DNA of 64,000 nucleotides. It comes from Halarcobacter sp. (GTDB lineage: Bacteria; Campylobacterota; Campylobacteria; Campylobacterales; Arcobacteraceae). Numbering within the stretch: the stretch's first letter is position 1; the number at the start of each line of letters is the position of its first letter. The stretch is taken from contig CP182352.1 in assembly GCA_048571215.1 (NCBI GenBank), forward strand, positions 2,144,001-2,208,000. Reading direction: 5' to 3'. Below the pieces are notes generated by a model, which saw only the letters and a program-made list of their open reading frames with translations, did not search any database and was not told the DNA's origin. Shown here one piece after another: positions 61,930-64,000 of this stretch. The translations under genes and the position numbers were made by a program.

Positions 61930-63030
61930 ATGTCAAAGTTTATAAAATCTAAGAAATATGTAGGTGTAAGTTATTGTCTTTTAAAGAACAAAGACAAAAG
62001 TTATTATATCAGTTATAAGCTAAATGGTAAATATAAGAGACTACATATAGGAAAACAAAGTGAAGGTGTTAATGAATCTTTTTGCCATCAAAAAAGAATA
62101 GAAGCTATTAATAATATCAAATTTGGAGATGATAGCCCTATTGTGAATACAAAGAAAAAAGAAAAACTTTTTGATGAAATTGCTGAAATATATTTTGAAT
62201 ATAGTGAAGTTCATAATAAAGATTACAAAAACCAACGTGCTAGATATGAGAAACATATAAAGCCATATACAAGAGATTTAGCAATTGATGAAATCACACC
62301 TGAACTAATAGAAAAGATGATGCAAGATAAAAAGAAAAAACTTGCATTAAAAACAATTAATCATTTAGTTCAAGCAATAGGTACCATTTATAACCATGCA
62401 TTTAATAGAGACGTAATTAAAATTCCTAGTCCTACAAGACTTGTAAAAAAATTTAAAACAAATAATGAAAGACTTAGATATCTATGTTTAGAAGAGATTC
62501 ATGAACTATATGAAGAACTAAAAGACAATGAGCAATTATATTTGTTCACAAGACTAGCTTTAAATACGGGAGCAAGATTAAAAGCTATCACAACTATCAA
62601 AAAGAAAGATTTAGATTTAGAAAACAAGATAGTATCATTGCGTGATTATAAAAATGAATCATATTACAGAGGATTTCTACAAGATGATATAGTTAATATA
62701 TTAAAAAAAAGAGCTTCTAAATTAAGAAGTAATGATTACATTCTAATGTATGATACTAAAGTTATTGGTAACCTTGATGACTATATAAGCAGAAAAATGA
62801 AGCCTGTCTTAGATGGACTTTTTAACAAAGACTTAGACATAAAAGATACTCGAAATAGAGTTGTAATACATACTTTACGCCATACTTTTGCCTCACACCT
62901 TGCAATAAATGGTACTCCCATATTTACAATTCAAAAATTAATGAATCACAAAGATATAAAACAAACTATGAGATATGCAAAACTAAGTCCTGATAGTGGT
63001 AAAGAGTTTATTAATAGGCTATACAAATAA
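61930..63030 (+). CDS. Tyrosine recombinase/phage integrase
   Basis: NTGAR, HTLRHTFASHL, MNHK, RYAK catalytic residues; N-terminal arm domain. Confidence 0.93.
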   Translation: MSKFIKSKKYVGVSYCLLKNKDKSYYISYKLNGKYKRLHIGKQSEGVNESFCHQKRIEAINNIKFGDDSPIVNTKKKEKLFDEIAEIYFEYSEVHNKDYKNQRARYEKHIKPYTRDLAIDEITPELIEKMMQDKKKKLALKTINHLVQAIGTIYNHAFNRDVIKIPSPTRLVKKFKTNNERLRYLCLEEIHELYEELKDNEQLYLFTRLALNTGARLKAITTIKKKDLDLENKIVSLRDYKNESYYRGFLQDDIVNILKKRASKLRSNDYILMYDTKVIGNLDDYISRKMKPVLDGLFNKDLDIKDTRNRVVIHTLRHTFASHLAINGTPIFTIQKLMNHKDIKQTMRYAKLSPDSGKEFINRLYK

Positions 63031-63075
63031 TAAAGAGAATTAGAGCTTTTTAAAATAAACTTGATTTTAAGTAAT

Positions 63076-63150
63076 AAATTCGTATTATATAGATTGTAAA
63101 TCCGTATTTTATATTTAGTAAATTCGTAAAATACTGATATTTATTTCGTA
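63076..63150 (+). repeat. Four phased repeats of AAAT(T/C)CGTA with exact 22-bp period
   Basis: Copies start at 63076, 63098, 63120 and 63142 (last one degenerate, TATTTCGTA). Confidence 0.7.
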
Positions 63151-63164
63151 AAAAGGATTATATT

Positions 63165-64000
63165 ATGGTACATAGAAAGATTGAACCAACAATAGTTGAA
63201 ATGCTTAAATACTTTAGAGTTGTTGCAATAAATGGACCGAGACAATCAGGAAAAACTACTCTTCAAAAGAAAATAGCAAAAAGTAAAGAAATGGACTATT
63301 ACACTTTTGATGATAGTGAAACTTTTGATACAGTAACAAATGATACAAATGGATTCATTGATTATATCTCAAAAGAAAAGAATGTAGCTATTGATGAAGT
63401 TCAAATGATACCAAGAGTAATACCTGCAATAAAAATGGCGGTAGATAGTGAAAATAGAAAAGGCATGTTTTTATTAACGGGTTCTTCTGATATGTTTAAG
63501 AACTCAAAGATAAAAGAATCTTTAGCAGGGAGAATGGCAAGTTTTAATCTATTTCCTTTATCTTACGCAGAGATAAACAAAAGAGATATAAATATTATAG
63601 ATAAACTTTTTAGTGATGATTTTAATGATTTTGAAATTTATAAGGACACATCAAGAGAATCTTTTATAAGTGCAGTTATAAATGGTGGTTACCCTGAAGT
63701 TTATGAGTTACCAACTAAAGCAAAAAAAGCATGGTTCGATTTTTATATAAAATCAAGAATTACAAAAGATATAGCAGATTTTGAAAATGTGCATTTAGAT
63801 AAAATAATTCACTTAGATAAATTACTAAAAGTTTTAGCTTCACAAGTAGGCTCAATTGTAAATTACACAAGTATTGCTAATTCTATTGGACTTGCAGATA
63901 AAACAGTTAGAAAATATATAGGACTTTTAGAAGCTTTATATATCGTAAAACTAATTCCTGCATATTCAAATAATATGCTAAAAAGAGTAATAAAAAGTCC
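63165..64000 (+). CDS. AAA_14/DUF4143-type ATPase (3' end beyond the window)
   Basis: MVHRKIE..GPRQSGKTT, IDEVQ, LTGSS, ESLAGR, GGYPE. Confidence 0.88.
   Translation, partial: MVHRKIEPTIVEMLKYFRVVAINGPRQSGKTTLQKKIAKSKEMDYYTFDDSETFDTVTNDTNGFIDYISKEKNVAIDEVQMIPRVIPAIKMAVDSENRKGMFLLTGSSDMFKNSKIKESLAGRMASFNLFPLSYAEINKRDINIIDKLFSDDFNDFEIYKDTSRESFISAVINGGYPEVYELPTKAKKAWFDFYIKSRITKDIADFENVHLDKIIHLDKLLKVLASQVGSIVNYTSIANSIGLADKTVRKYIGLLEALYIVKLIPAYSNNMLKRVIKS

Noticed and set aside
63076..63150. Possible mini CRISPR array
   Set aside because: The repeat unit is only 9 bp with 13-bp gaps, far too short, and no cas genes are present.

Overview
AT-rich chromosomal window that looks like an Arcobacteraceae (Campylobacterota) genome; this is inferred from gene content (nifSU plus suf, cheV, MCP, ccoG), not from a database search. 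The most striking element is at the left edge (198-5616): a lasso-peptide (RiPP) biosynthetic cluster beside an IS256 end. It encodes an HPr-kinase-like kinase, a sulfotransferase, an unannotated 47-aa precursor (leader WEIPAIEVLDTDETK, predicted core VGAPGPFDGSGPYS), an Asn-synthetase-like cyclase and a divergent U32-like/sulfotransferase fusion. It suggests a phosphorylated and possibly sulfated or hydroxylated lasso peptide. Housekeeping genes follow (uvrB, ppk2, lpxH-like, argC, greA, cheV, argH, nifSU, sufBCDSE-sufT). Accessory elements: a RepG/CJnc190-like sRNA candidate near a poly-G-leader chemoreceptor, a WYL-linked RtcB-PrfH ribosome-repair island, a guanidine carboxylase operon carrying both guanidine-I and guanidine-II riboswitches, a TetR-controlled RND pump, and a decayed prophage/integrative element (ORF6N, truncated repressor, dam fragment, structured non-coding element, tyrosine integrase, AAA ATPase) at the right edge. 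All functional calls come from motif recognition by eye.
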